In this document: positions 28,300-41,452 of the stretch, piece after piece
How positions within the stretch are numbered: position 1 is the stretch's first letter
Layout: every line of letters begins with the position of its first letter
Assembly: GCA_951406725.2 (NCBI GenBank)
Contig: OX597815.1
Coordinates: 151,032,001 to 151,096,000 of the forward strand
DNA length: 64,000 nt
Reading direction: 5' to 3'
DNA from: Octopus vulgaris
Lineage: Eukaryota
Made by a program: the position numbers and the translations under genes
The notes under the pieces: generated by a model
Databases searched by the model: none
What the model saw: the letters and a program-made list of their open reading frames with translations, nothing else
What the model was told of the DNA's origin: nothing

Positions 28300-28645
28300 A
28301 TACATCACTATCATACTACCTACATTCCTTCTTATTCTCCCTTCTCTTTCTTCTTCTTCTCCTCCTCTTCCCATTTCTTCTTCTTCTTCTTCCCTACCAA
28401 GAATTCCCAACGACCTCGAATCCACAAGAGTAAACAAGAGAGACAGAAACAGGCAGAAACAGGCAGAAACAAGGAAAATGCCACTTGTATTTGAACACTG
28501 CGCAAATATTCTTTTAAAAAAGTTTTCTTTTAACTTTTCCAAAATTTAATTGTTTCCCAAACTTACAGTTGAAAAAGTCTCAATGACTGAAACCGGTGCT
28601 GAAATGTTTTTTATAAAATTACTTTAGCATTTTCTACCTTGACAG
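28300..28645 (+). mobile_element. Solo Penelope-like pseudo-LTR (pLTR), homologous to the 3' end of the element at 47340-48683
   Basis: GGCAGAAACAAGGAAAATGC.ACTT.TATTTGAACACT...TTAGCATTTTCTA is shared in reverse complement with 47345-47560. Confidence 0.75.
28566..28601 (+). ncRNA. Minimal hammerhead with U3:A8 core (this copy has a GTG triplet)
   Basis: CAG-TTGAAAA-AGTC(TCAAT)GACT-GAAA-CCGG-TG-CTG, with palindromic stem III ACCGGT. Confidence 0.65.
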
Positions 28646-30084
28646 TTTAAGTTACTTTGGTGGTATTTTTTTCACCAAATAATTGAACTGGCGATTTTTA
28701 TGAGTAACACGGCAATCTATGTTTCCGATTAACCTAAGAACGGGAAATCAAATTGAAGGCTGGTTATTGTGGGGGTCGTTGAACTTTAATGATCCCAGAA
28801 CATATAAGTTTTCAAGCGATGCAAAGTAGAGCTACTGAAATGTTTTGGGAGTAGAATACGGATTATCACAGCAAGATATAGTTGTTATACTTGAAAATGG
28901 AATTTCTTGTCAGAAACAGCCACATAAATGGTGTAATGAAATTGAAGGAAGACGTTGAAACTTCCCCTCTCCGAGTTTATTTTTTTCAACAGCTAAGGGA
29001 GCTATTTTTTTGGAGAGATAAGCTAACAGAAGCCCTTTATTCTGTCTTTCCACATAGCCTGCGCATAAAATAATAGTGAATGCTGCATAAAGTTGAATCG
29101 GTATAGAGCGTTCTCAAAGATACGTATAGCTTTCGTTAGATTCTTTGGGACGAATCATACGCGATTGTTTAAAAAAGCCTAGAATGACAATGCTAAAACA
29201 TATTTGAAACAATGGATAACAGTTAAAGTATTATAATGGATGGGTAAATAAACATCGTTATAGTGAAACAATGTATTGGTAGGTAAACAAAGGTATCAAC
29301 AAATAGAAGAGAGGGAAGGGAATATCACCTTTCATGTAACTTCGAATAGGTAAAGGTAAGCTTGCCAAAGTTTAATGCAGTTTAAATATAGAGATTAAGA
29401 TTGTTTGGTATTGGATATTCATCGCGTACAGTGTCCCCAGTCAATTTAATAATCGTGGTGAGTGGGCAATCGAAATAAATAAATAGACAAAATCTTTTCA
29501 CTTTTATAAAAAGATTAAAAAAGTATGGAAGACCTTACATACAAAAAACTATGTCCATTTAGGTCCATTTCCGCGGAAACTCTGGGCAAAATCTTTAGTG
29601 CATGGCCATCCTTGGGACACAAGCAATGTGTGCGTAAACTTTGGGAAAAATCGGATGAGAATTGTGGAAATGTAAATCAGTTTCAAATATTTCTAAATGA
29701 TTAAAATATTGCGTACGTCAAAATCTCGACGTTCTTTTTTTTTTTTTTTAGACAGCGTGAAAACTATGTGTGTAGTGTATATGTCACAGATAGCGGACGT
29801 GTGTTTGCGTTGATTGGCACGACATGACATTCAGTATATGTGTGTGCATTCTGTTTGTGTGTATGTGTGTTGACGTCACGGAAGCTATGTATTTTTTTTC
29901 AAGAAATAACAAACAAAAATTGTGTTTAATTGTTTAAATAGAGGTGCAAATATCACAAAAATTTGTACTGCACTGCCGAAAGTAAATATGAAAATACATA
30001 TGCAAAACAAAATTAAGATAAAAGATACTATTTCTGAGATATTTTGGTTACACACAGACATCCCTAGACTTTTAGGATTGTTAA

Positions 30085-30198
<114 letters not shown>

Positions 30199-30232
30199 TG
30201 TATGTGTGTATCTATGTATCTATGTATATACG

Positions 30233-30540
30233 TGGTGAAGGTGCTCGGGTTAGTGGTTAGGGTATTCGGTTCACGATCGTAGGGTTGCGAGTTCGATTCC
30301 CTGAGGAAGACGCTTTATTTCACGTTGCTCCAATCCACTCAGCTGGCAAAAATGAGTATCTGCGTTTGAAAGGACTAGCCTTGTCACACTCTGTGTCACG
30401 CAGAACCTCCCTCACAACCATGTTAAGGGTACACGAGTCTGTGGAGTGCTCAGCCACTTGCACCTTAATTTCACGAGCAGGATGTTCCATTGATGGCATC
30501 AACTGGAACACTCGTTGTCATAACCGAGGGAGTTCCAGTT
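30233..30540 (+). mobile_element. SINE family C variant
   Basis: tRNA-like head plus a 3' body shared with 12561. Confidence 0.75.
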
Positions 30541-30541
30541 T

Positions 30542-30625
<84 letters not shown>

Positions 30626-31023
30626 ATCTTTCATCCTTAATCTTTTACTTGTCTCAGTCATTAGACTGCGGTCATGCTGGTGCATAGTCTTGAAGAAATT
30701 TTAGTCGAATAAATCGACCCCAGTCTTCTTTTTTTTCTTTTGCTGAACCTGGTACTTATTCTATCGGTATTTTTTGCCGAACCGCTATTTTCTTGAGAAC
30801 ATTTCTTAGCCATCTTGAGCTTCCTTCATCTTTTCACTCTGTGGCATAATCTTGAAGAGCTAGGTTCATGTAAGGAGCCTACGAAAGTTAAAGTTGTGTA
30901 AAGTCGAATCAATATGTTATTAACAACTTCAAACATATATATATAGATATATATATACATATATGCATACATACCTACATACATACATACATACATACAT
31001 ACGTACGTACGTACATACATACA

Positions 31024-31057
<34 letters not shown>

Positions 31058-31119
31058 CATACATACATACATATATCTACACATACGTATATAAATATAT
31101 ATGTATGTATGTGTGTGTG

Positions 31120-31154
<35 letters not shown>

Positions 31155-31646
31155 TCTTACACTCTACATTTATGTCACCATGATGCACAGATGTATATGC
31201 ATATATACGCACACATACCATTTTCTTGGCTGTTTCTCCTCATTTTTCCTCCTTCCACGCCTCCCACCTACTCTTATCACAATCCCTCTCCCCTACTCAC
31301 CCAAACCACCCACCTACATCCCTCGCCACTCACTGACCTCCCCTATGCCCATCTCCTGACACAGACAGTCTTTTATATATGCCCAAAACATCCTGCCTCT
31401 TTCTCTTTTCTTAACTCCTTATAGAACCGGATTCCCAACTGGTCCCTAAAAATTATTCATCTTTTTCTTCCATCCTTTCCACTCTCTTTCTTCGTTTCTT
31501 TTGTTTGATGAAGAACCCTAATGTCAGAAATGTCAAAGACCCTTTTTCTTATTCTGTTCAAGCGTGAAATTAATAACACTTTTGTGACAACTTGCCCTTC
31601 TTGTGGGTTTTTCTTGTTCTTTTTTTTGCTCATTCATCATATATAT

Positions 31647-31682
<36 letters not shown>

Positions 31683-32103
31683 GCACACACACACACACAC
31701 ACACATACACACATGTTTGGGTGTGAGTGTAGCACTGTTTATGTAAGTACATATATATATATATATTAATATCATCACTACAACGTCTTACATCTTAAGA
31801 CTACTGCTACGACGTCTTACACCCTAATACCGTCACTACGACGTTTTATATCTGAATTATGCAGTGAACTTTGTAACCCCATAACTATGTCTGCACCAAC
31901 TTTAAGCGCTTTTTTTGCGACTTAGATAATACTCCAATCAACACATCGATCTATCTGGTATTGGAAGGTTATTATCTTTAGCGAGATTCCGAAGGAAGCG
32001 TTTCCAACTATAGGACAGACGCGTTAACTGACAGGTTCGAGTTTCGTATCGCACCACCAGCCGCGTTTCATCATGTTACTGGGATATGAATATACTTGAC
32101 ATG

Positions 32104-32715
32104 GTGCAGGTGTGGATGTGTGGTAAGAAGGCGGCGAGCTGGCAGAATTGTTAGCACGCCAGGCGAAATGCTTAGCAGTATTTCGTCTGCCGCTACGTTC
32201 TGAGTTCAAATTCGCCGAGGTCGACTTTGCCTTTCATCCTTTCGGGATCGATTAAATATGTACCGTTTACGCATTGGGGTCGATGTAATCGACTTAATCC
32301 GTTTGTTTGTCCATATTTGTCCCCTCTGTGTTTAGCCCCTTGTGGGCGGTAAAGAAATAAGACACTTGGACAAGTGTCTTCTATTAAAGCCTCGGGTCGA
32401 CCAAAGCTTTGCGGGTGGATTTAGGAGATGAAAACTGAAAGAAGCCCGTCGTATATATAAATGTGTGTGTGTGTGTGTGTGTGTGCTGGAGTTTGTTTCC
32501 TGTTGTGGCGGACGCCCCCAAGCGAGAAGTAGGGTGGTCCACCACTAATAAATAGTGGACTGACCCAGTCAGTAGGGTCGGTCGGCGAAGGTACGCCGTT
32601 CGGACCAGTCCCGTAGAGACGACGAAATACGTCGCCATCATGGAACATATCAGTGGCGTCGAGGGTTCGGACAATATCTCCAGTGGGACATATCAGCCCC
32701 CAACCACCGTTTGGT
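32104..32715 (+). mobile_element. SINE family A with nested family B (32130-32360) and a GC-rich insert (32501-32696)
   Basis: Family A segments resume after each insert. Confidence 0.7.
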
Positions 32716-33099
32716 TAGCATATGGAGGATTTTAACACACAAAACAAGGAGCCATATCAGACACGAATCGTCGTGGCCTATAGGATAACCTTTTCTTTAA
32801 TCTACCTTCCTAGTTTGGTACTTTATTGATCGTGAATAAATAAAAACAAAAATTGACATCCGCAGGATTTTAACTCAGAGATATCGAACTCGGGCAACTG
32901 AAATACATACAGTAAGATATCATGTCAAGCACTTTAATAATTCGGCCAATTCCCCTCGCTGATCTGATAATTTCTTTATCAACTCTGAAAGAGTAAAGGA
33001 AAGAAAACAAAACTTACCTAAGTGGGTTTTGAACTCAATACACAAACCTTTGAGAGCTAAAATATGTACGGTAATGTATCGTGTCCGATGCTCTAATAA

Positions 33100-33440
33100 T
33101 TGGTACTCCGTCAGTTGCGATGACGAGTGCTGTAGTTGATCCTATCAATGGAATGGCCTGCTCGTAAAAGTAAAGTTCAAATGGCTGAGCACTCCACAGC
33201 CGCGCACAGCCTTAATGAATGCAGTTCTCAGGGAGATTCAGCTTGACACAGAATGGGCCAAGGCTGTCGCTTTGAAATACGGGTACTCATTTGAAATACG
33301 GGTACTAATTTTCACCAGCTAAGTGACCTGGAACAGCACAAAATAAACTGTTTTACTGAAGAACACAACGCATCGCTGGGAATCGAACTCATGACCTTAT
33401 GATCGCGAGCCGAAAACCCTGGCCACTAAGCTGTGCGCCT
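33100..33440 (-). mobile_element. SINE family C variant
   Basis: Reverse-complement family match. Confidence 0.7.
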
Positions 33441-34417
33441 AACAATTCCGTCAATTCATATCCTTCGACTGCAGCTTTATATATCGTCCCTGAAAATATA
33501 AAAAGAAAAGTAAAGATAATAGTATTTGAACTCAGTGTTGAGAGAGCTATAATAAAAAGCACAAGATGTTTCATCCGATGCTCTAACGACTCTACCAATG
33601 TACCACCAGAACTTAGCTATTAAACTCACGAAAAGATTAATGAAAGTGAATAAGAGATTACACCATCAGCAGCAAATAATTAATGTTTCTCTTTTCTCTT
33701 CTTCTATAAAAATGACAAATTTTCTGGCAAATTATGACATCTCACCAGAAAATGCATTAATATGAATTGATAGAAAAAATAATTAATTAAATATCTTCTA
33801 AAATATAGTATGTTTTATTTAATTAGCTCGAAGGCTAATTAAATAGCTCACATTTTTACTATATTCCTTGTGCAGCTGAGTTAATCACTAAAGGACAGAC
33901 GTATTAACTGATAGGTTCGAGTTTCGTATTGTACCACCAGCGTTTCATCGTGTTACTGGGACAAAAAATACTTGTCTAGGGGCGGGTGTGGTTGTGTGGT
34001 AAGAGGTTTGCTTCCCAACCACGTGCTTCCGGGTTCAGTCCCACTGTATGGAACCTTGGGCAAGTGTCTTCCATTATAGCCCCAGGCCGACCAAATCCTT
34101 CTGAATGGATTTGGTAGACGGAAACTAAAAGAAGCCCGTTGTATATATAAATATGTGTGTGTGCCCCACCACCACTTGATAACCGGTTTTGATGAGTTTA
34201 CGTCAGCACCGGTTGTCAAACAATTCAGCCAAATGGACTGATAAAGTACCAGGCTTTAAAAAAAGTACATTCGACTTGCTCCAGCATGGCCACAAGTATA
34301 AGATAAAAGGCGTAATTTCCTTTCTTGCTGAGGCTGGAAGAAGAGGCCGAACCCATAACCTTCGCAGACACTCCTTGACTGCTGTGATTGCTTCCGTTCA
34401 TGATTTCTTTAGGAGTA

Positions 34418-34635
34418 CAGTAATCCCTCGCCATATCGCGGTTCACCTATCGCGGTTTATTAATTTAGCTTACGTCGATTCCTCTGTGGTGTTGTTTTGC
34501 ATTTATAATAGAATAAATATATACAAATTATAAAATAATTTTTTTTAAATATACAGTATATTATTGTTTCTACTTCGCGGATTTTCACCTATCGCCAGTG
34601 TTTTGGAACGTAACATCCGTGATAGTCGAGGGCAG
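34418..34635. mobile_element. Tc1/pogo(Tigger)-like MITE
   Basis: TA-CAGTAATCCCTCG terminus. An inverted homologue lies at 55771-55995, with fragments at 42570-42785 and 56630-56700. Confidence 0.65.
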
Positions 34636-35559
34636 TAGCGGCCTGGATCTAAAAATATTGGTTGCCAGGAGACTAAGGAGGCCCACCCGCAACTACAACG
34701 CTATCATTTAATTTCTTTCTTTTTTTTTTTTTCGTTTTTGTTAAAATTATTCTTTTCAACTGTTTACAAACACAGCCAGGATGAAATAATTAATGCATTC
34801 TTCCAGGAGTTAATAAAAAATTCTGACTTGAGGGGATGGGCCCCTTAAATACTAACATGGGCCCTCATATCTGGATTCTAATGGCGCAGGGGCTCACTTG
34901 CCATCGGGCAAGCTGGCAACCTGGACAGTTCTCCACAGTGGGGGGATTGGTGTATTTCGGATTACAGGAAAGGCATGACCAGGAAGAAGACCCCCAAAGG
35001 ACCAATATTCTTGAGGGAAAGGACTGAGCTTATTATCAGTTCGGGGTTGGAGAGGATGGACGTAAAAGTAGTGATGAGAGGTGAAAAGATGAGGGAAATG
35101 TCCCTTTCAATATTGTTCCTATGATAAACAAAATTATTATTATTATAGCTAAATACCATTAACATAAGAATTACCTAGTTTTTTTATGAAAAAATGAAAT
35201 GATTATCTCCCCTGTAATAGTTGCAACCGTGTTTGAAATCTCGGCTCCAAAAAACATATACGCACAAACACGTATGTCAACACCGCATACATTAAAAAAT
35301 AAAAGCTAAAAAGAGTGGAAACAGCCCCTAAGCCCATAAGAGATGTTGCCACACCACACAAGGAAAACCCCAAAAAACCCTCCAAACCAAACCCACCATA
35401 TCAAATCTTCACCAGCCTGAAGAATCCTAGCCAAGTTGAAATGAATATTACTATAAGTGACTGAATCTCCCAATTCCCAAAATTCACACACACACATGCA
35501 GACATACATACATACATACATACATACATACATACATACATACATACATACATACACAC

Positions 35560-35601
<42 letters not shown>

Positions 35602-35625
35602 GCTGCCATTTCTAGTTAATTTTTA

Positions 35626-35794
35626 GGCGCAGGAGTGGCTGTGTGATAAGTAGCTTGCTTACCAACCACATGCTTCCAGGTTCAGTCCCACTGTGTGGCA
35701 CCTCGGGAAAGTGTCTTCTACTATAGCCTTATGAGAGGATTTGGTAGACGGAAACTGAAAGAAGCCCGTTATGTCTGCCTCTGTGTGTGTGTGT

Positions 35795-35842
<48 letters not shown>

Positions 35843-36065
35843 TGTGTGTGTGTGTGTGTGTGTGCCTATGTAAGTTTGTGTGTTTGTTCCCCAACATCGC
35901 TTAACAACCGATGCTAGTGTAACTTCGCGGTTCGGCAAAAGAGACGATAGAATAAGTACTAGGCTTACAAAAGTCCTAAGGTCGATTTGTTCGACTAAAG
36001 GTGGTGCTCCAGTATGGTTGCAGTCAAATGACTGAAACAACTAAAAGGAAGAAAGAATAAAAGAA
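35626..36065 (+). mobile_element. SINE family A
   Basis: Family match. Confidence 0.85.
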
Positions 36066-36270
36066 TAATATATATATATATATGTTTATATATAGATAAG
36101 AAAGTTTGTTTGTGAAAGCACGTGGGTGAATATATAAGAAAATAGTAAAGAGTGAAAAAACGACAGAAGGCTTAAATGTTAAAGAATATATATATATTTG
36201 CGTCAATATGTCTGGAGAATATTGGAAAAAATTTTTTCCCTTCTTATAATGACATAATTTTATAATTTTT

Positions 36271-37338
36271 ATTCTCTGGAATGAAAACACAGATAAACTC
36301 TTAAAATTTAAAAACCTATTGAACAGCATAAACCCAAATATGCAGTTCACAATGGAATACAACCAAAAGGAGCTCCCGTTCTTGGATATACTAATTAAAA
36401 AAATTAACCTTAAAATAGAAACAGACATTTTCTACAAAGCCACAGACGCCAAACAATACCTTCTCTTTAATTCATGCCACCCAAGACACACTAAAACAAA
36501 CATCCCCTTCAACCTTGCAAGAAGGATATGCACAATAGTGTCAGAACAAAATACCAGGAACTTCAGACTGCAAGAACTCAAAAACACCTTAATTGACAGA
36601 CAATACCCAGCTCAACTCATAGAGGATGGGATCAGACGTGCAACAGAAATCAACATAGAAACTTTAAGAAAAGTTCAACACAACAACACACCTTCCCCGA
36701 AAATACTACCTTACATATCTACATACAACCCCAGAAACAAAGAAGCTTTCACCATCATCACCCAGAATTTACCAATACTTCATAAAAACCCCAAATTAAA
36801 GGAAATTCTAAACATACACCAAATCATTAAAAGCTACAAACAGCCTAAATCACTGAAAAAGATTCTCACAAAGGCAAAATTATCTTCTGAAATTACGGAT
36901 GCAAAAGTAAAAAAATGTGGTAGATCGAACTGTGCAACATGTCCTAACCTACTAGAAGGATCAGAATTCTTCTTTAAAGAGGGACAGAAATTCAAGATCA
37001 AATCTAACTTTACTTGTGCCTCTGAAAACATAATTTATGTCATAAAATGCTCGGGCTGCCACCAAGACTACGTGGGGTCCACGGGACTATCACTCAGACG
37101 TAGATGCACACTGCATCGACAACAGATTGCATTCCTAGAATATAGAATGATACCTTTTAGTGAGCACATTGAGAAATGCGCAAAGCAACTACAACCACAA
37201 TTTTTAATCTTTCCATTTTACCAATGTGCTTTCGGATCATCAACACAAATTAGACTAAACAAGGAAACATTCTTCATTGAAAAGTACAAACCCAGACTCA
37301 ACTATCCAAACATAATAATACAGAGAAATTCACACTAA
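36271..37338 (+). CDS. Penelope-like RT C-terminus + Cys linker + GIY-YIG endonuclease (partial, uninterrupted)
   Basis: MQFTME..LPFLDILI..TDIFYKATD..YLLFNSCHPRHTK; linker KKCGRSNCATC; NIIYVIKCSGCHQDYVGST..RRRCTLH..KETFFIEKYKPRLN. Confidence 0.9.
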   Translation: MLWNENTDKLLKFKNLLNSINPNMQFTMEYNQKELPFLDILIKKINLKIETDIFYKATDAKQYLLFNSCHPRHTKTNIPFNLARRICTIVSEQNTRNFRLQELKNTLIDRQYPAQLIEDGIRRATEINIETLRKVQHNNTPSPKILPYISTYNPRNKEAFTIITQNLPILHKNPKLKEILNIHQIIKSYKQPKSLKKILTKAKLSSEITDAKVKKCGRSNCATCPNLLEGSEFFFKEGQKFKIKSNFTCASENIIYVIKCSGCHQDYVGSTGLSLRRRCTLHRQQIAFLEYRMIPFSEHIEKCAKQLQPQFLIFPFYQCAFGSSTQIRLNKETFFIEKYKPRLNYPNIIIQRNSH

Positions 37339-37481
37339 GAGAAAAAGGTAAAAAAAAAAAAGAAAATTTTAAGCGATTATCTCCCTTACACCGGAAGAAA
37401 TCACGCACTACCTTCCCTTATTTAGAACTCTCCGTAGCAAAAAAACAAGGATAACGCTATTAAAGATAAACATTACGTCGC

Positions 37482-37520
37482 AAGAAATTTGAAGAGCTAA
37501 ATGCGAAACCGGTCTTTCTT
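37482..37520 (+). ncRNA. Minimal type I hammerhead in a Penelope pLTR
   Basis: AAGAAA-T-TTGAAGA-GC(TAAAT)GC-GAAA-CCGG-TC-TTTCTT, with palindromic stem III and a GTC triplet. Confidence 0.7.
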
Positions 37521-37811
37521 TAAAAATTATAAAATTATGTCATTATAAGAAGGGAAAAAAATTTTTCCAATATTCTCCAGACATATTGACGCAAATATAT
37601 ATATTCTTTAACATTTAAGCCTTCTGTCGTTTTTTCACTCTTTACTATTTTCTTATATATGTTTATATATATATTTATATCTATCTCTTTCTCTCCCTAT
37701 ATATATATATATAATATAAATATATATGTATATATTTGTATTTAAATATATATGTATATATATATATGTATATATGCGTGTATAAATATGTTTGTATATA
37801 TAAATATATTT

Positions 37812-37859
<48 letters not shown>

Positions 37860-38786
37860 GTATGTATGTATGTATGTATGTATGTATGTATGTATGTATT
37901 ATTTCGACAGTATTTCTGTTTTAGTATTACTCATTGTTTATCGTTTGCAAGTGTATATGTTTGTTTAGACAACATATTTATTCAATCTATAATTAAGGAT
38001 GATTTCAGTTGCTCCAAAGTAATGAGCTCGTTGGCCGATCGTGTGTGTGTGTGTGTGTGCTCACTCATGTGTATGTGTGTGTGTATGTGTATGTGTGTGT
38101 TATATATAGTATCTTTAATTTAACACTATTTCCTTTTTTTATTGTTTTACTTTTAATAAGCAATTTATTTGGTTAATATACTTTATAGCATTGAACTCGT
38201 TTCATAGATATTGATCTAAGCTTGTCTTTTTCCTTGTATATTGTTCGAGGACGTTGTTTACAAGATGTACTGTTCCACTAATTTTTATTAGGCTTGTTTT
38301 GGGTGTGATTTCATGTTCGTGATGTAATGTTGATTGAGAAATAAAATATCAAGTACTCTTTGTTTGTTGTATTGTCCGAATGTTCTTTTGAAATTAGTTC
38401 TTTATTATAAGTACTGTTTTCTAGTTATAAGTTATCACTATAAGCAGCTAGATTCGCAGGCCGCGTTTATATTTTTAACGTTGTAGACATCGCCGGATCG
38501 AATGGTACTTCTCAGGTATCGAGACCACAGTGATATTTGTTTGGGCAGCTGATGATGGGAGACTTTGAATTTCTTATATCTTAGCGTTGTTATTCTGGGT
38601 TGTCTTTCGTGTTTGGAAAATATAAGGTGTTTGTAGAATTATAGTTTGTGGGGATCGCTTAGTTTGATATTATTTGGTTTTCTTTACAGGTAATCTAATT
38701 AGGCTTAAATAATGCTTAAATATCGATGTCTAGTTTTGGAAGGTTCTGTCAACCCACAAACACACGCACACATGTATATATGTATG

Positions 38787-38859
<73 letters not shown>

Positions 38860-39107
38860 GTATGCATGTATATATGTATGTATGTGTGCGTGTGTGTGTG
38901 TGATAAAGAATATCCTAATATGGAGACATCCTCAGAACTTACCGATCCCACCCGCGAGGGATGTATGCAAGATGGGTCGAAGCGATCGTTGTGAGCAATA
39001 AAGTTTCGCATATATTCCATTTGCCGTCTCTATCATTTGTTACATGTGTGATGTGAGTTTGTGTGTGCGGTCTAATTGGGATATGTTTGTTCTTTTCTCT
39101 TTCTCTC

Positions 39108-39138
<31 letters not shown>

Positions 39139-39152
39139 CCTCGCCTAACTTC

Positions 39153-39191
39153 CTTTCTGTAGAAGAGCCTCGGCGCTCGAAACGTTGAAAG
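39153..39191 (+). ncRNA. Variant hammerhead-like motif (same family as 19332-19367)
   Basis: CTTT-CTGTAGA-A-GAGC(CTCGGC)GCTC-GAAAC-GTT-GAAAG. Confidence 0.4.
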
Positions 39192-39474
39192 CTTTTTCAA
39201 ATTTCTCTGAGCCTCAACTTAATACATCATGTTCGCTTTTTAAATTTGTCTTCATAGGATGTTTTGTCCTATATATGTGTGTGTGTGTATGCATTACGTA
39301 TGTATGTATGTATGTATGTACGTACATACACACATGTCTATCCATCCATCCAGTCATACGCACATACATACATATATACATACATACATACATACATACA
39401 TACATACATACATACATACATACATACATACATCTAGGTTAGATACCGGCTCTTTCTCTATTGGCAAGAAATAT

Positions 39475-39859
39475 TTTCTACTCAAAGCACAAGCGCCGGA
39501 ATTTGGTGGGAGGGGGCTGTCGATTAGATCATCCTCAATACGCAACTGGTACTCATTATATTGACCCCGAAAGGATGAAAGGCAAAGTCAACCTCGGCGG
39601 AATTTGAACTCAGAGCATAAAGACAGACGGAATACCTATTTTTTTACTACCCACAAGGGGCTAAACACAGAGAGGACAAACAAGGACAGACGAACGGATT
39701 AAGTCGATATATATCGACCCCAGTGTGTAACTGGTACTTATTTAATGGACCCCAAAAGGATGAAAGGCAAAGTCGACCTCGGCGGAATTTGAACTCAGAA
39801 CGTAGCGACAGGCGAAATACGGCTACGCATTTTGCCCGGCGTGCTAACGTTTCTGCCAC
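39475..39859 (-). mobile_element. Two SINE family B units nested in the 3' tail of the TACA-associated LINE
   Basis: The host sequence TCTAGGTTAG..GCAAGAAAT|TTGAAATAAAACTGAACAAT matches 45652-45710. Confidence 0.75.
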
Positions 39860-40827
39860 TTGAAATAAAACTGAACAATCTCAGAGAGAGGTGTGTGCAT
39901 GTGTGTATATCATCATGTGTTAGTATAACGATGTGGTTGTTCGTTTGTGACTGTGTTGAAATGTTCGTGTGGTCGTATGCTAATGTGGGCTTATGTTAGT
40001 GCAATCACGTGTTAACATGGCCATTTGTTCGTGGTGTCATGGTAGTGAAGCCGTGAATGTAGCGTAATGGAAAAGAAATTATTCAATAGGCGAGGAATAA
40101 AGACGGCATTGCCATAAAAAAAAAGGGGGGACACGGTAACACTACGAACAACAACAATAACGACAAGAGCGGCAACGACAGAACAAATATTGACAACAAC
40201 ATTGGCGGCACAGCACCAAAACAATCGCAAAGAGCAACAACACTATCCACAACGAAAATATAAAAATGTGTGGAACGAGAACAGCATAAGCAATAACGAC
40301 AACAAAAAAAGCAACAACGACATTAGGCAATACAATAGAAAAACAAGAGCACCAGAAACGACAACAACATTATCAACAACAGCAAAAAAGCGAGCAATAT
40401 CAACAACAATAACAACACCGGAAGCGGGGATTGAAGAGCACAAAGTGATTCTCTTAAAAGTACCAATAAACATATGGTCACCCGTTTTTTTTCTCCTTTT
40501 TGGTAAGTGATGCATTTTTTAGTGGCACGTAGTAGTAGTAGTAGTAGTGGTGGTGGTGGTGGTGGTGGTTGTGATGGTATTGGTGGTAGCAGTAGTGGTA
40601 ATGGTAGTGGCGGTGGTAATAGTAGTAGTAGTAGTAGTTGTGGTGGCGGCGAAGGTGGCGGTAGTAGTAGTAGTAGTGGTGGTGGTGGTGGTGGTGGTGG
40701 TGGTGGTGGTGGTGGTGGCAGTGGTGGTGGTAGTAGTATTAGGAGGAGGAGCTGATGGTGATGGTGGTGGTAGTAGTATTAGGAGGAGGAGGAGGAGCTG
40801 ATGGTGGTGGTGGTATTGGTGGTATTG

Positions 40828-40868
<41 letters not shown>

Positions 40869-41384
40869 GGTGGTGGTGGTGGTAGTAGTATTAGAAGGAG
40901 AAGGAGGAGCTGATGGTGGTGGTGGTGGTGGTGGTATTGGTGATAGCAGTAGTGGTGGTTGCGGTGGTAGTAGTAGTAGTAGTAGTAGTAGCAGCAGCAG
41001 CAATGGAAGTGGTCGTCTTCATAGTTGCTGTAGTTGTTGTTTGGTACGAGGCGAGTCTTCTCGTTTATTTGATTGTATTTTCTGTACATAAAATCTATTA
41101 CAAAAAACACAAAAAACACAAAAACAAGTAAACAACAAAACAAAACAAAAAAAGAATCAAACCAATAAAAGCCCTGATGGGGGATGTGATGTTGTTTGTG
41201 TGGTTTGTGTTTTTGATGGAGTAAAGCGATATAAAAGTACTTTGAACAAGACAAACATGCAAAAGAGGATTGATGATGATGGCGGTGAAGCGGAGGGAAG
41301 CAGGGGGCGGGAAAGAGAGAGAAAATGGAGGCAAACAACTGGTTAGAAAATTGCAGACGATAGATTTGTTTGCTTGTTTTTCTT

Positions 41385-41452
<68 letters not shown>

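Larger units (their letters stand above)
36130..37660 (+). mobile_element. 5'-truncated Penelope-like element (Neptune-like) with ~140-bp inverted terminal copy
   Basis: 36130-36271 is the near-perfect reverse complement of 37521-37660. These arms enclose an RT-thumb + GIY-YIG ORF and an HHR. Confidence 0.92.

Noticed and set aside
35418-35480. CTGAAGA in a microsatellite-flanked fragment
   Set aside because: No complementary stem II and GAAA before the fragment ends.
38549-38995. CTGATGA at 38549 and GAAGCGATCGTT near 38980
   Set aside because: I could not build a consistent stem I and stem II around a complete core.
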